64,000 nt of DNA from Candidatus Omnitrophota bacterium (GTDB lineage Bacteria > Omnitrophota > Gorgyraeia > Zapsychrales > Fredricksoniimonadaceae), in the NCBI GenBank assembly GCA_903860135.1, contig CAIOPG010000017.1, positions 139,364-203,363 on the forward strand, written 5' to 3'. Below the pieces are notes generated by a model that was given only the letters and a program-made list of their open reading frames with translations, was not told where the DNA came from and did not search any database. Below, piece after piece: positions 20,151 to 30,521 of this stretch (position 1 is the first letter of the stretch; each line of letters begins with the position of its first letter). The position numbers and the translations under genes are program-made.

Positions 20151-23100
20151 TTATCGCACCAGCGCCGCCACGGACACCGGCACGATCTTCCCGATGCGCG
20201 GCTCAAAACCGCTCACGTCCAACTGCGCCCAAGGCTTGGCCGATACCGGTAACGGCACACCGTGGCTATCACGGCGGATCCTGAAATCCATGGTCGCTGT
20301 ATCAAGGGTGACACCACCGGGCGATGCCGCGGCGTCGGCCGACGTGCCCTCCAACGTATCGCCAGCAAACTTTCCAGTCTTTGGGGCGATCTCGTCAGCA
20401 AACGCCTCGCTGATGGTCGCCACCAGATCCGCCAGCTGGCCCTTGTTGATCAGCGGTAACGTGCCGTTCAATAATCCCGCCACAAGCTCAGGACGGGACA
20501 TATGGCTTTGATACTCAGCAAAAAGCCTGTCCCACAAAGGCCGGTATCTTTCTGTATAATAAACCCTGAAATCCCATAACCCGGTCTTCTTGAGCCTGGA
20601 CACGGTATCTGCATCCAGCTCACTTTCCAATAAATTGAAATTTACCAACGCGCCGAGAAAAGGCATGATCTTCTTTTCTCTCATGTCTTCATCAAGAACA
20701 ACCCGCGTGTAATCGATCTGCGTAGCGTGAAAAATCTTATCCAAACGGCTGGCAAGAGTATCCTGTGTTACAGGCGCCGCAGCCGATGCTTCCGGTATCA
20801 ATTGCCCAACGGCAGCGATCAGGCTTTGTGCCTGCTGAGGGACGGCAAGATAGCCTCCGTCACGTGCCGCATCACTCCTCGATAGAAAGATATAATCCTT
20901 GCCGTCGCTGTGTCGGTAAAGCACCGACAACATCCCCTGGCGCAGGTCAGCCTTGCGCACCCGGCCTTCACCAACCATGGTCGTCAGCAGACGGGCCATT
21001 TTCTGTTCCTGGGGACTGCCCTGGGCCAAAACAGCCAGCGCCAATTGTGCAGCCGGCGACGCCCTGCGCACCGGCTCACGCCGCTCGATCCAGTTGTCCG
21101 GAGCACGATGAGAATCCTTGATCCATTGCTTCAGACGCGACACAACACCCGCAAGATAATCCCTTGTCTGCTGGTAAGACCAATTCGTGCTCAACGAAGT
21201 ACCCGGCACATTATGCTGACTCTTGATGCCCACATCCCCGGATTCACCGTCAACGACATCCGCATAGTTAACCACCGTGGTATTGGCCATGGTGTTCATC
21301 AAGACCTTGTTCATGATCTCCGCGATATTGTCCTCTGTCAACTCCTCCGTAACCCCCAGCTCGCGTAAAATCTGAGCCAGCACCTTTTTACTGTTAGTCG
21401 AAAGGTTGCTGTCCCAAAGCCTTGTCGACGGATTGTCGTGGGGGGCAAGAAAAGCCATTTGGCTGGGCAACAAATTAGCCGGATGGTACGGATCACCGTT
21501 GAGCCGGTTTCTCCAGGAAGGATCCAGCGACATATACTGCAACACACTCATGCCTGGCAAAGGCAACTTGCGGAAGAACGCATCCGTCCGGGGTGTGCCT
21601 TCGCCGAGATTCTCGGCTATAAACACATCGGTCAGATCGACCTCGGGGAAAAGCTTCGCCAATTTGTCAAAGATGAGATACGGATCCAGGCCATCGTGAA
21701 TATCTCTCAAAAAATATCCCTGATCGGACGGCTTGTCCCTGGGGATAACAAAAGGATCCGCATACCCAAAGACATAATCCAGCCGAAACCGCGCCCCGGG
21801 CGACAAACGGAGGGCGTAAACGAACCTTTTAACATAAAAGTTGATCCCTTCTGCCTTGCTCAAATCCGGCGGTACATGGCCAAAGATGTCATTGCGTACG
21901 CCGGTACGCAGCGAGAACGTCCTATTTTCTGTATCATAAATGAAAACATCCGGATTCCCCCAGCAATCCGCGCTGTTAAACCGCGGATATATATTCAAAT
22001 CTTCGATAATCGGGACATGATGCTCTTGCGCAAAAGTATTCAGAGCCTCCGCCTGCTGACGTACAAGGAACTGAAAGAAATGGAAGAACCCAATTTTCTG
22101 TTGGTTCGCTATTTCAAAATCTTTCACACCAGAGGCATTAATATTAGATAGCTCATCCGGCCAGCGCGTCAAGGCCTGCTCAAATACAAGCTTGATCTTT
22201 GTCCAATTTTCATCTCCCAGGATGTTCTGCAATGCACCAAGCTTATCCCAAGATACTTTCAGCTGAACTTCGTTCAACTTGAGGGAATCAGCCATATTCA
22301 GATAGATCAGTTTTTCTGAAATATATTTCCAAATATCAGTAACACCCTCAACCTCGAGTCCGGCATGCTCAACCGAATACTGGTCAACAAGCCCCAGCCA
22401 GCCGTATTGGCTATACGTCTGGCTCAATACCTGAAACAAAGAATACGATCGCAACCAGTCCATACGTATGTCAACGCCGTCAACCGAGATAAGGCCTTCG
22501 GTATTTTCTTTGACGAATGTGTCAAACGCCTGCTGAAAAAGCGCCACCGGCCGACCGTTCGTCGGCCATACCCCGGTATTTTGCGCCTCCAGAAAATTTG
22601 CATACGCCTGACGGGCCAGTTGTTCCTTGTATCCCAGCCGATCAAAAGCAATCCGCAAAGAATGAATATCTTTAGGAACAATGACATCGTGTTGTTCCTG
22701 GGTTATAAACCCTTGCGCGACCAAGTCTTGCGGGCTAAGCAAGTTTCCGTTGAGCCCAAAGAGCCCATTACCATAATATGGATCGCCGTTATTATTCGTC
22801 CCCAGCAACGGTTCGCGTAGCCAGCCGGCACCTGCTTTTTCCAACCCCAGAATGAGGGCTCTCGCCTCCGGCCCAAGATCGCCCCCTCCGTACTCTCGCT
22901 GATCCGTCGATGCTACTGAGGGCAATGACGCAACCGGAACAAAAATCACCGTTCCGGGTACCTGCGCCTTAACGGCCGCCGCCGTCGCCTCGTTCGTCAT
23001 CGCCTTCGCCCCCGGCATCATCCTCGCCACCGATGCCGAAGGTTTTCTTTTTTCGGAGTTATCCGTCTGCGGCGCCTCCGCAAAATCCACCGCCACCGAT

Positions 23101-24254
23101 GCGCTCGCATCAGACCGTTGCGCAACACGCCCCGCAAAATCCTTTTTCTCCTTCTCCGTCGCCGGAGTCACAGCATTTACCGGCACCACTCCGCCCGACA
23201 CGTATTTCCGGGGCACCGACGCGCGACCCTGCGGATCGACCTCGTCTTTGATGTAGTTATAAACCCCGGCCTTGAAAGATGCCAGATACCGGTCATACAG
23301 CTTCTGGCGGATGGCGGGATCATCGACTTTGATCCCGGCGGCCTTGTTGCGGTCGACGTAGATCTTGCCGAGCACGCTGTCGCGCAGGGTTTTCTTGTAC
23401 CATACCGCGAGAATCATGGAATTGTAGATCTGGCGCAGGGTGGCAAAATTCTTGCCACTATTCACTTCCTTCTCGATGGCGGGGATCAGGATTTCGCGCA
23501 TGACCTGCTTGGCGAGCTCATCTTCCGGACGGGGCACAGACCCGTCCCTACCCACGCCGGCAACCTGCGCCGATTTATAATCTGATTCGAGCATGACTTT
23601 CAGGTGCTGTTCGACCACAAAGACCCTGTTGCCCTTCTCGTAGACAACCGCCTTGTCGGGCATGATCCAGACCTTGTTGAAGGTATCCAGCGGCAGGTCA
23701 GTCACCCCGGACTGTTCCTTCGCCTGGCTGTAAACCCTCTGCCAGAACGCCTTGCCCAGGTCATCTTCAGGATAGAATAATGATGCCGACAACTGCTTGA
23801 GGATATAGTCCTGCGCCAGCATATCGCGGCCCATGTCCGTCTGGCCAAGGCCTTCGCCGGTGATGCGATCCTTTTCATACGGCGACAGGTTCACCCACTG
23901 CTCTTTCTCGGGAACAGTTAAAGATGCCATGAAATATTTGACTAATTTCTCGGATTCCTGACGAAACGCATCACTGTCAAACGCAAGGCCGGAATCACCC
24001 TTATCAATGATAAAACTGAACTGAAGTGGCTTCTCAGGATGAACTTCCATGCCGATGGCCAAAGGAGGCACGTACGCCGGGGAAGGATGCACCATGACAC
24101 CCACCGGCGGCAAGCGTAAAGCCGCCAAGCCATCCGCCTGCGCCCAGGCCCTGTTGACAGGCATAAGGGTGTTGACCAGAAAGACAGCGGCTACAAAAGC
24201 CGCCACAGCACAACGCAGCCTAGAATGACGGACACAACAAAGCATCGAGGGCAT
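20151..24254 (-). CDS. Chassis-cargo family paralog 2: signal peptide + conserved N-domain + GH77 4-alpha-glucanotransferase cargo + extra module + GG tail
   Basis: Same N-domain motifs; GH77-like GDLGPEA, PY, SADCW, RLDY, IAENLG, LPGMSVLQ, HDN, NVPGT..NW. Confidence 0.85.
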   Translation of the reverse strand: MPSMLCCVRHSRLRCAVAAFVAAVFLVNTLMPVNRAWAQADGLAALRLPPVGVMVHPSPAYVPPLAIGMEVHPEKPLQFSFIIDKGDSGLAFDSDAFRQESEKLVKYFMASLTVPEKEQWVNLSPYEKDRITGEGLGQTDMGRDMLAQDYILKQLSASLFYPEDDLGKAFWQRVYSQAKEQSGVTDLPLDTFNKVWIMPDKAVVYEKGNRVFVVEQHLKVMLESDYKSAQVAGVGRDGSVPRPEDELAKQVMREILIPAIEKEVNSGKNFATLRQIYNSMILAVWYKKTLRDSVLGKIYVDRNKAAGIKVDDPAIRQKLYDRYLASFKAGVYNYIKDEVDPQGRASVPRKYVSGGVVPVNAVTPATEKEKKDFAGRVAQRSDASASVAVDFAEAPQTDNSEKRKPSASVARMMPGAKAMTNEATAAAVKAQVPGTVIFVPVASLPSVASTDQREYGGGDLGPEARALILGLEKAGAGWLREPLLGTNNNGDPYYGNGLFGLNGNLLSPQDLVAQGFITQEQHDVIVPKDIHSLRIAFDRLGYKEQLARQAYANFLEAQNTGVWPTNGRPVALFQQAFDTFVKENTEGLISVDGVDIRMDWLRSYSLFQVLSQTYSQYGWLGLVDQYSVEHAGLEVEGVTDIWKYISEKLIYLNMADSLKLNEVQLKVSWDKLGALQNILGDENWTKIKLVFEQALTRWPDELSNINASGVKDFEIANQQKIGFFHFFQFLVRQQAEALNTFAQEHHVPIIEDLNIYPRFNSADCWGNPDVFIYDTENRTFSLRTGVRNDIFGHVPPDLSKAEGINFYVKRFVYALRLSPGARFRLDYVFGYADPFVIPRDKPSDQGYFLRDIHDGLDPYLIFDKLAKLFPEVDLTDVFIAENLGEGTPRTDAFFRKLPLPGMSVLQYMSLDPSWRNRLNGDPYHPANLLPSQMAFLAPHDNPSTRLWDSNLSTNSKKVLAQILRELGVTEELTEDNIAEIMNKVLMNTMANTTVVNYADVVDGESGDVGIKSQHNVPGTSLSTNWSYQQTRDYLAGVVSRLKQWIKDSHRAPDNWIERREPVRRASPAAQLALAVLAQGSPQEQKMARLLTTMVGEGRVRKADLRQGMLSVLYRHSDGKDYIFLSRSDAARDGGYLAVPQQAQSLIAAVGQLIPEASAAAPVTQDTLASRLDKIFHATQIDYTRVVLDEDMREKKIMPFLGALVNFNLLESELDADTVSRLKKTGLWDFRVYYTERYRPLWDRLFAEYQSHMSRPELVAGLLNGTLPLINKGQLADLVATISEAFADEIAPKTGKFAGDTLEGTSADAAASPGGVTLDTATMDFRIRRDSHGVPLPVSAKPWAQLDVSGFEPRIGKIVPVSVAALVR
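23527..23551 (-). repeat. GTAG-type REP-like palindrome, in frame within paralog 2
   Basis: Minus strand GTAG-GGACGGG-tctgtgc-CCCGTCC. Confidence 0.6.
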
Positions 24255-24412
24255 AAGATCAACTCACTATAAAAGTATTATTAATGGGAACTGTTAGAAA
24301 TATAACACGTAAAATAACGAAAAGCTAATACCGGCAACAAATACCGGTTAACAGACATAAGCGTTGTTATTTTGCGGCCCTTCGCATTGCCTCAATGAGC
24401 CTTCCGACCGCT

Positions 24413-26374
24413 TCAAACACGTATCGGCAGAATAACAAACGGGATCCCGCTCTGGTAAAACTTGCGCTGCAGGGCGAATACGGTTTCATTGTGCAGCCAG
24501 CGGGTCCAGATCGTTTCTTTGGGGAATACCAGCTGTCCGCCGAAAATAACAGCCTGCGGGAACCGCTTGGAAATAACAGCGATCACCTTGCCCGCTTCTT
24601 CGAGGATATCCACCCCCATATGCGCCATACCCTCGGCGTAAAAACCCTGCTCGCTCATAAAACGGATATACCGTGCCAGATCCTTGTCCACCTTGGTTTG
24701 CAGGTTGACCACCTCGGCCGCACCTTTAAAATTCCCCGCGTCAATGATCCCGACCTGCACAAAAACAAAATTCCGGAACTCTTTGCCGAAAAAACGCCTG
24801 ATATTAAAAAGCGTGTGCAGGCCAAGCCCGTTAAACCCGCCCACCAGAATGACCGCGGTCCGTGCATGCGGATCAAAAGGCACCGGCTCAAGGGTCACCA
24901 CCGGCGTGATCGTTGTCGCATGGACAAGCGTGTTCAGCCGGTGCAGCATCTTGGCGACCTTGTAATAATGACGCTTGATGAAGATCGCCAGCCCCACCAG
25001 CGACCCGGTCACAAACAGGGTGATCCACCCGCCCTCATTAAATTTGATGAAAATAACTGAACACAGAATGAATGTGGTAAGCAACAAGCCGGCGCCACTG
25101 ACCACGATCCGCCGTTTCCAGTGATCAGCCCCCTGACGCTGACTCCACCAGTGAAAGACCATGCCCAGCTGGGACAAGAAGAACGTGATGAACACATTGA
25201 TGCTGTAAAAAATGATAAGGAGCTGAACCTTGCCATGGGCCAGCACCATGATCACAAGGGCCGCTCCACCCATAATAAGGATGCCATTCTGGGTGACCAG
25301 CCGGTCGCTCAGGTTGGCGAATTTCCCGGGGAACCAGCGGTCGATCGCCATGCTCGCCAAAACCCTCGGCCCGCCCAGAAAGCCGGTCTGCGCCGCCACA
25401 AACAGGATGAACGCTTCCGAAAGGAGCGTGGTGATCAAAAAGACAGGTCCCCATTGCCCCCAGTCCTGCGTTATGGCTTCAAACAGGACCGCGTTCAACG
25501 TCTTGCCATCGTGCGGCACAACCTGAAAAAGCAAATACGCGACCATCAAACCAAAAACCGTGAACGCCAGCGACCAGGCCATATAGCTCATGGTCCGCTT
25601 GCCCGTCGCGACTTTTGGCTCCCTTAAAATAGCAAGCCCATTGCTCACCGCCTCAATACCTGTATAGGTTCCCGCGCCAAGGCTATAGGAACGCAGCAAT
25701 AGAAGGATCATCCCGAACAGGCCGATCTGAGCCGATGCCGCCTTGGCCTCCGAAGCCGCCTGGGCCACCACCACAGGAAACTGCCCGGCATGGGTCACAA
25801 ACGCATAGACAATGATGAACGCATGTGTGACCAGAAAAACCACGAAGATCGGGATCAGCGGCCCCACCGTTTCCTTGACCCCGCGCATATTCAAGATCGT
25901 CAACAGCACGACCCCAAAGACCGCAACATAAATTTTGATGACCTGATATTCCGGTGGGATAAAGCTAAAGATGGCATCGGTCCCGCTGGCCACCGACAGG
26001 GCGATCGTCAAAACATAATCAATGATGAGCGCACAGCCGGATATCATCCCGACGGTAGGATTGAGCAATTTGCTCGCGACCAGATAACCGCCGCCGCCCG
26101 ACGGAAAAAGCTCGATGATCTGTGAATAGCTCGCGCTGATGAGAAAAACCGTCCCCACCGTAGCGAGCGCCACGAACACACTCAAATAGGTATGCCCCTG
26201 CAAGGCTACAAACGCCGCTTCGGGGCCGTAACACGACGATGAAAGCCCGTCCGCCCCAAGGCCGATCCAGGCCAGGAACGCGATCAGGGATAATTGATGA
26301 AAAACCTCACGGTCCAACGGGCTTTTAGCCTGCCCGATAAGAATATTCTTGATCTGTTTCAGCCATGACGTCAT
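24413..26374 (-). CDS. APC-superfamily permease, KimA-like (probable K+ uptake)
   Basis: About 12 TMs, DGLSSSCYGPE, GGGGY, TGIEAVSNG motifs, cytoplasmic C-terminal domain. Confidence 0.8.
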   Translation of the reverse strand: MTSWLKQIKNILIGQAKSPLDREVFHQLSLIAFLAWIGLGADGLSSSCYGPEAAFVALQGHTYLSVFVALATVGTVFLISASYSQIIELFPSGGGGYLVASKLLNPTVGMISGCALIIDYVLTIALSVASGTDAIFSFIPPEYQVIKIYVAVFGVVLLTILNMRGVKETVGPLIPIFVVFLVTHAFIIVYAFVTHAGQFPVVVAQAASEAKAASAQIGLFGMILLLLRSYSLGAGTYTGIEAVSNGLAILREPKVATGKRTMSYMAWSLAFTVFGLMVAYLLFQVVPHDGKTLNAVLFEAITQDWGQWGPVFLITTLLSEAFILFVAAQTGFLGGPRVLASMAIDRWFPGKFANLSDRLVTQNGILIMGGAALVIMVLAHGKVQLLIIFYSINVFITFFLSQLGMVFHWWSQRQGADHWKRRIVVSGAGLLLTTFILCSVIFIKFNEGGWITLFVTGSLVGLAIFIKRHYYKVAKMLHRLNTLVHATTITPVVTLEPVPFDPHARTAVILVGGFNGLGLHTLFNIRRFFGKEFRNFVFVQVGIIDAGNFKGAAEVVNLQTKVDKDLARYIRFMSEQGFYAEGMAHMGVDILEEAGKVIAVISKRFPQAVIFGGQLVFPKETIWTRWLHNETVFALQRKFYQSGIPFVILPIRV

Positions 26375-26456
26375 AGCTTTGTCTCCACGCGCCAATGCTG
26401 ACAGCTTTTACTTTGCGTCTTCATCTGCCTCTCCCGTATAGCTCTGGCATGAGTTT

Positions 26457-26490
26457 AAAAAAAAGCCCATCCTGTAAAAGGACGGGCTTT
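26457..26490 (-). terminator. Rho-independent terminator after the CxxC gene
   Basis: Minus strand aaagcccgtcct-tttac-aggatgggcttt followed by a T-tract. Confidence 0.75.
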
Positions 26491-26535
26491 GGAAACTTAT
26501 CGATCAACAAGCCTGCAATCAGATAAACCGCTTAA

Positions 26536-26709
26536 TTAGCGGCTGCTGCCCTTGCGCTTGGAGAAACAATCCTTACAATAAACCGGACGATCCCCTGTCG
26601 GCTTGAAAGGAACTTCGCTCTCTTTGCCGCAATCAGCACACGTTGCTTTGTGCATTTCGCGAGGACGACCATCATATTTACCAGCACCACCACCATATTG
26701 AAAACCCAT
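26536..26709 (-). CDS. CxxC-x17-CxxC zinc-ribbon small protein (57 aa)
   Basis: Not in the ORF track; MGFQYGGGAGKYDGRPREMHKATCADCGKESEVPFKPTGDRPVYCKDCFSKRKGSSR; GGAGGT RBS. Confidence 0.9.
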   Translation of the reverse strand: MGFQYGGGAGKYDGRPREMHKATCADCGKESEVPFKPTGDRPVYCKDCFSKRKGSSR

Positions 26710-26822
26710 AATACCTCCGATGATTTAATTTTTAACTTAGAAACATCATACTTCTTTAATCAAAATATGACAAGCGATATAAAATAATAAAAAATTCATG
26801 CCGATAAAAGGCAGGAGCCTGT

Positions 26823-27464
26823 TTACCGGAGGAATAACTGGGCGAAGGCCGATGTGTAGATATTGGACGACACTTGAGATAATGTTTTAAAGAAATCCAC
26901 AAAGGAAAAACCGTTCACGGACAGGTTTAATAGAAGCGCCATCAAAAAAACATCAATGATGAAAATAAGCGCCATGCCGAAGAAATAATCGGGCTTGCCG
27001 GCGGTTGAATCTTTTTTATAAAGATCCTGGGCGGTGAGGATGATGTGCATGGTAAACGAAAAAGCAATGACCACAAAGAAAATAGGCGCCAGCTCATCGT
27101 GGGCGCCCATCTTGCCGGTCAAATGAACGACCGCATACGCGATAACGAGCAATAGCGTATAAATAGGAATAACATAAGGCGCAAAATTCATCAGGGGTTT
27201 AAGGAACTGAAAGCAAGCTCCCACCATGCTCTGGCCGTACTTGTAAACAACATCAAAATCATAAATAAAGAATTTCATCAGCACATAAGCGACCATGCCC
27301 TGAAAGATCGCCTGCTGGAAAGGCGGGGCCAGATGATGGATCTCGCCTTCGAGCGCCACCACGGTTCCCATCACCAGCGGTAACAACAGGACAGCAAAGA
27401 CAAATTTGAAGAAAAAAAGAACCCTGGCTCCAAAACCTGTGGTTTTACTTTTATTGTCTTCCAT
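26823..27464 (-). CDS. Hypothetical integral membrane protein
   Basis: About 5 hydrophobic segments; starts directly after the serS stop. Confidence 0.75.
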   Translation of the reverse strand: MEDNKSKTTGFGARVLFFFKFVFAVLLLPLVMGTVVALEGEIHHLAPPFQQAIFQGMVAYVLMKFFIYDFDVVYKYGQSMVGACFQFLKPLMNFAPYVIPIYTLLLVIAYAVVHLTGKMGAHDELAPIFFVVIAFSFTMHIILTAQDLYKKDSTAGKPDYFFGMALIFIIDVFLMALLLNLSVNGFSFVDFFKTLSQVSSNIYTSAFAQLFLR

Positions 27465-27465
27465 A

Positions 27466-28755
27466 TCAAAACACCTTTCCACGTACAGGCGTAATCACCT
27501 TAAGGCCGTGCATATACGGCTGAAGCACGTCAGGAACCGCAATGGTTCCATCAACCTGCTGGTAATTCTCAATGATCGCGATCACGGTGCGCGGCGTCGC
27601 CACTCCCGAGCCATTTAAGGTATGCACAAACGCCGGCTTCTTCATGTCCTTGCCTTTATAACGGATATTCGCCCGGCGCGCCTGGAAATCCTCAAAATTG
27701 GAACAGCTTGACGCTTCCAGCCATTTGTCGATGCCTGGGGCGTAAACTTCAATATCGTAACACTTGGCGGCCGAAAAACTGATGTCGCCTGAGGCCAATT
27801 CCAATACACGGTACGGGATATTCAATAACTCAAATACCTTCTGGGCATTAACGACCAAGGCCTCAAGCTCCTCATAGGACGTCTCGGGCTTCACGAACTT
27901 GACCAGTTCCACCTTATTGAACTGGTGCACACGCATCAAACCGCGGGTGTCCTTGCCGTACGAACCGGCTTCACGGCGGAAACACGGCGAGTACGCCGTA
28001 TGGTAAACCGGCAATTGGGCCTCATCGAGGATCTCGTCTCGGTAAATATTGGTGACCGGCACTTCAGCGGTCGGGATCAGATAAAGGTCGTCTTCAGCCA
28101 GATGATACATATCATCCTTCATCTTGGGCAGTTGGCCGGTGCCTGTCATCGACGCGGCATTCACCAATACCGGCGGGAATACCTCGATATAACCATGCGA
28201 CTGCGTGTGCAGGTCGAGCATGAAGTTGATGAGCGCCCGCTCCAGCAGGGCTCCGGCCCTCTTGTACAGGATAAAGTTCGCGCCACTGATCTTGGTCGCG
28301 CGCTTGAAATCAATAATGTCCAACGCTTCTACCAGTTCAATGTGATCTTTGGGCTTAAAATCAAACACCCGTTGCTTGCCCCAGGTGCGTGCCACCCGGT
28401 TGTTCTGCGGGCCGCCAACCGGGATCGACGGATGCGGCAAATTAGGGATATACAGCAGGATGTCGGTGATCTTTTTTTCAAATGCGCTTAAAGGCGCCTC
28501 TAGGGCGTCAATATCGGCCGCCACGGATTTCATCGACGCAATGGCCTCTTGCGGCGGCTTCTTTTCTTTGAGGAGTTTTGTTATCTCATCATTGGCCGCA
28601 TTCTTGCGGGCACGCAGTTCATCGACCTTGACCAGAAGCCCCCGGCGCTCTTCGTCGAGCGCCAAGAGTTCATCGAGACGGCCGGCCGCATTTTTGGCCG
28701 CAAGCCCCCGGCGAACAGTTTCAATATTTTCACGGATGAATTTCATATCCAGCAT
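27466..28755 (-). CDS. serS: Seryl-tRNA synthetase
   Basis: LIPTAEVP, FRREAGSYG, RVHQF, HTLNGSG. Confidence 0.98.
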   Translation of the reverse strand: MLDMKFIRENIETVRRGLAAKNAAGRLDELLALDEERRGLLVKVDELRARKNAANDEITKLLKEKKPPQEAIASMKSVAADIDALEAPLSAFEKKITDILLYIPNLPHPSIPVGGPQNNRVARTWGKQRVFDFKPKDHIELVEALDIIDFKRATKISGANFILYKRAGALLERALINFMLDLHTQSHGYIEVFPPVLVNAASMTGTGQLPKMKDDMYHLAEDDLYLIPTAEVPVTNIYRDEILDEAQLPVYHTAYSPCFRREAGSYGKDTRGLMRVHQFNKVELVKFVKPETSYEELEALVVNAQKVFELLNIPYRVLELASGDISFSAAKCYDIEVYAPGIDKWLEASSCSNFEDFQARRANIRYKGKDMKKPAFVHTLNGSGVATPRTVIAIIENYQQVDGTIAVPDVLQPYMHGLKVITPVRGKVF

Positions 28756-28843
28756 ACATTGTCCTTTGTCATGGGTGCTAACAAGAATATTATCGAGATT
28801 TCATTATAGCGACGGCACAAAAAGTTTCATCAAATTTTCTCAT

Positions 28844-29464
28844 TTATCCCAGATATTGCCGAAATTCGACGAGGCTGGCACAGGCCAGGAACGGGTTTGT
28901 ATTTTTCAATTCACCAAGGGTGGCGTGCGCAACAGCGCCGTAATGATGCCCGGGCCAAACTACGGTCGCATCGGGTAACTGCTTGAGGCGTTGAAGGCTG
29001 TTGAAAAGAATGTCCGCAGACCCGCCGGGCAGATCCGTCCGACCGACTGCGTCAATGAACAGGACATCGCCCGTAAAAAGATTGCCGTCCACATAAAAAC
29101 ACTGGCATCCCGGCGTATGCCCCGGCACATGCAGGCACACCACCTCCAACCCGCCTAACCCTAGCTTGGCGTTGTCTGCAATCCTCACCAAATTCCTTGC
29201 CGCAGGCGTATAATAAACAGCCTCTGCCATGGAAAGATGAACCGGGACATCATACGTGTTGCTGTCAACAGTATGATCAAAATGCCCGTGTGTCAGGAGC
29301 ACCCCTTTTAATGTCACCCCTTCTTTCTTTAAGGCCGTCAGGATAACCGCCGCAGGAACCGATGGGTCGACAACATACGCCTCTTTTGTATCCCTATCAG
29401 AAATAATATAGGAAAAATTATCCAGTTGGCTGAGCATGATCTGTTTTATGCAACATTGAGGCAT
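28844..29464 (-). CDS. MBL-fold metallo-hydrolase (glyoxalase II-like)
   Basis: THGHFDH, PGHTPG, TGD, GRTD, PGH. Confidence 0.9.
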   Translation of the reverse strand: MPQCCIKQIMLSQLDNFSYIISDRDTKEAYVVDPSVPAAVILTALKKEGVTLKGVLLTHGHFDHTVDSNTYDVPVHLSMAEAVYYTPAARNLVRIADNAKLGLGGLEVVCLHVPGHTPGCQCFYVDGNLFTGDVLFIDAVGRTDLPGGSADILFNSLQRLKQLPDATVVWPGHHYGAVAHATLGELKNTNPFLACASLVEFRQYLG

Positions 29465-29465
29465 A

Positions 29466-30521
29466 TCACGTCCTTTGAAGGATGACCAGTGTTTCCAGAT
29501 GCCGTGTGCGCGGGAAGAAATCAAACGGCCTGACAAGCTTCACCTGCCACCCACCCGCCGCAAGCTCCCTGAGATTCAAGGCTAGGCTCGACGGATCACA
29601 GGAAAGATAAACAAGGTAACGCGTCCGCCCGACGGACTTTAACAGGGCCAATGCCTCGGCGCTCAACCCCGCGCGCGGCGGATCAACCATCACCACATTG
29701 CCGTCGGTCTTGGCCTCGGCCAGTATCGCGGGAAGCAGTGCCTCGACCCGCCCCTCTTGCACCACCACATTACCCAGGCCGTTAGCCGCTGTATTGAACC
29801 TGGCCAGACGCACGGCATGAATATTTTCTTCAATATTGATAACCCCTGACACCAGATCATTGAAGCACAAGCCAAAAAGGCCGACGCCGCCATAAAGGTC
29901 CAGGAACAACGCCTCCTTGGACCAAATATCCTGTTCGCGCAGGAAATTCACAAGCCCCGGAAGGATGGACAAATTGGCCTGAAAAAAAGTATCGAGCGCA
30001 TAGGCGATGCGCCGACCCAGGATATCCGTATAAAAATAATCCCGCGCTTCAAGCATCAGCGATTTACGCCCTATGCCCCCCCAACGCACCTGCCCGGCAT
30101 CCCCACAGCGCACTGTCAGATTCGCCATGCGGTAATCCTTGGGTATCTTCGCGGCTGCTTCCTCACGCAGGCGCGGAATAAAATCCGCGATCGCCTTCAT
30201 GGCGATAGGGCAAGTATCGATCTCGATCACCGGGCCGCGACCTGCCGGAGAAAAACCAACATGGACAGCGCCATTGCGCCGCTGCGTTAATTTAAGGTCC
30301 AGGCGGCTGCGGTAATGAAATGTTTTGGGTGACGGGAATACAGGCTGAAAAACAGCCTCTTCGAGCGGCATTTGAGCCTGCAGGAGAACTCTGACATTCG
30401 CCTCTTTAAGCGCCAGTTCATCGGCGTAAGGCAAATGCTGGTACTGACACCCTCCGCATTGGCCGTAAACCGGACATTCAGGCGAAGCTATGGGAGAGCC
30501 CGGTAATAAAACGTCCATCAA
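29466..30521 (-). CDS. RNA (uracil-5)-methyltransferase, TrmA/RlmD family
   Basis: C...CGGC, FFQAN, DLYGGVG, DPPRAG, YLSC, DFFPRTRHLE. Confidence 0.9.
   Translation of the reverse strand: MMDVLLPGSPIASPECPVYGQCGGCQYQHLPYADELALKEANVRVLLQAQMPLEEAVFQPVFPSPKTFHYRSRLDLKLTQRRNGAVHVGFSPAGRGPVIEIDTCPIAMKAIADFIPRLREEAAAKIPKDYRMANLTVRCGDAGQVRWGGIGRKSLMLEARDYFYTDILGRRIAYALDTFFQANLSILPGLVNFLREQDIWSKEALFLDLYGGVGLFGLCFNDLVSGVINIEENIHAVRLARFNTAANGLGNVVVQEGRVEALLPAILAEAKTDGNVVMVDPPRAGLSAEALALLKSVGRTRYLVYLSCDPSSLALNLRELAAGGWQVKLVRPFDFFPRTRHLETLVILQRT

Noticed and set aside
26375-26460. c-di-AMP (ydaO) riboswitch upstream of the KimA-like transporter
   Set aside because: The interval is too short and lacks recognisable ydaO consensus elements.
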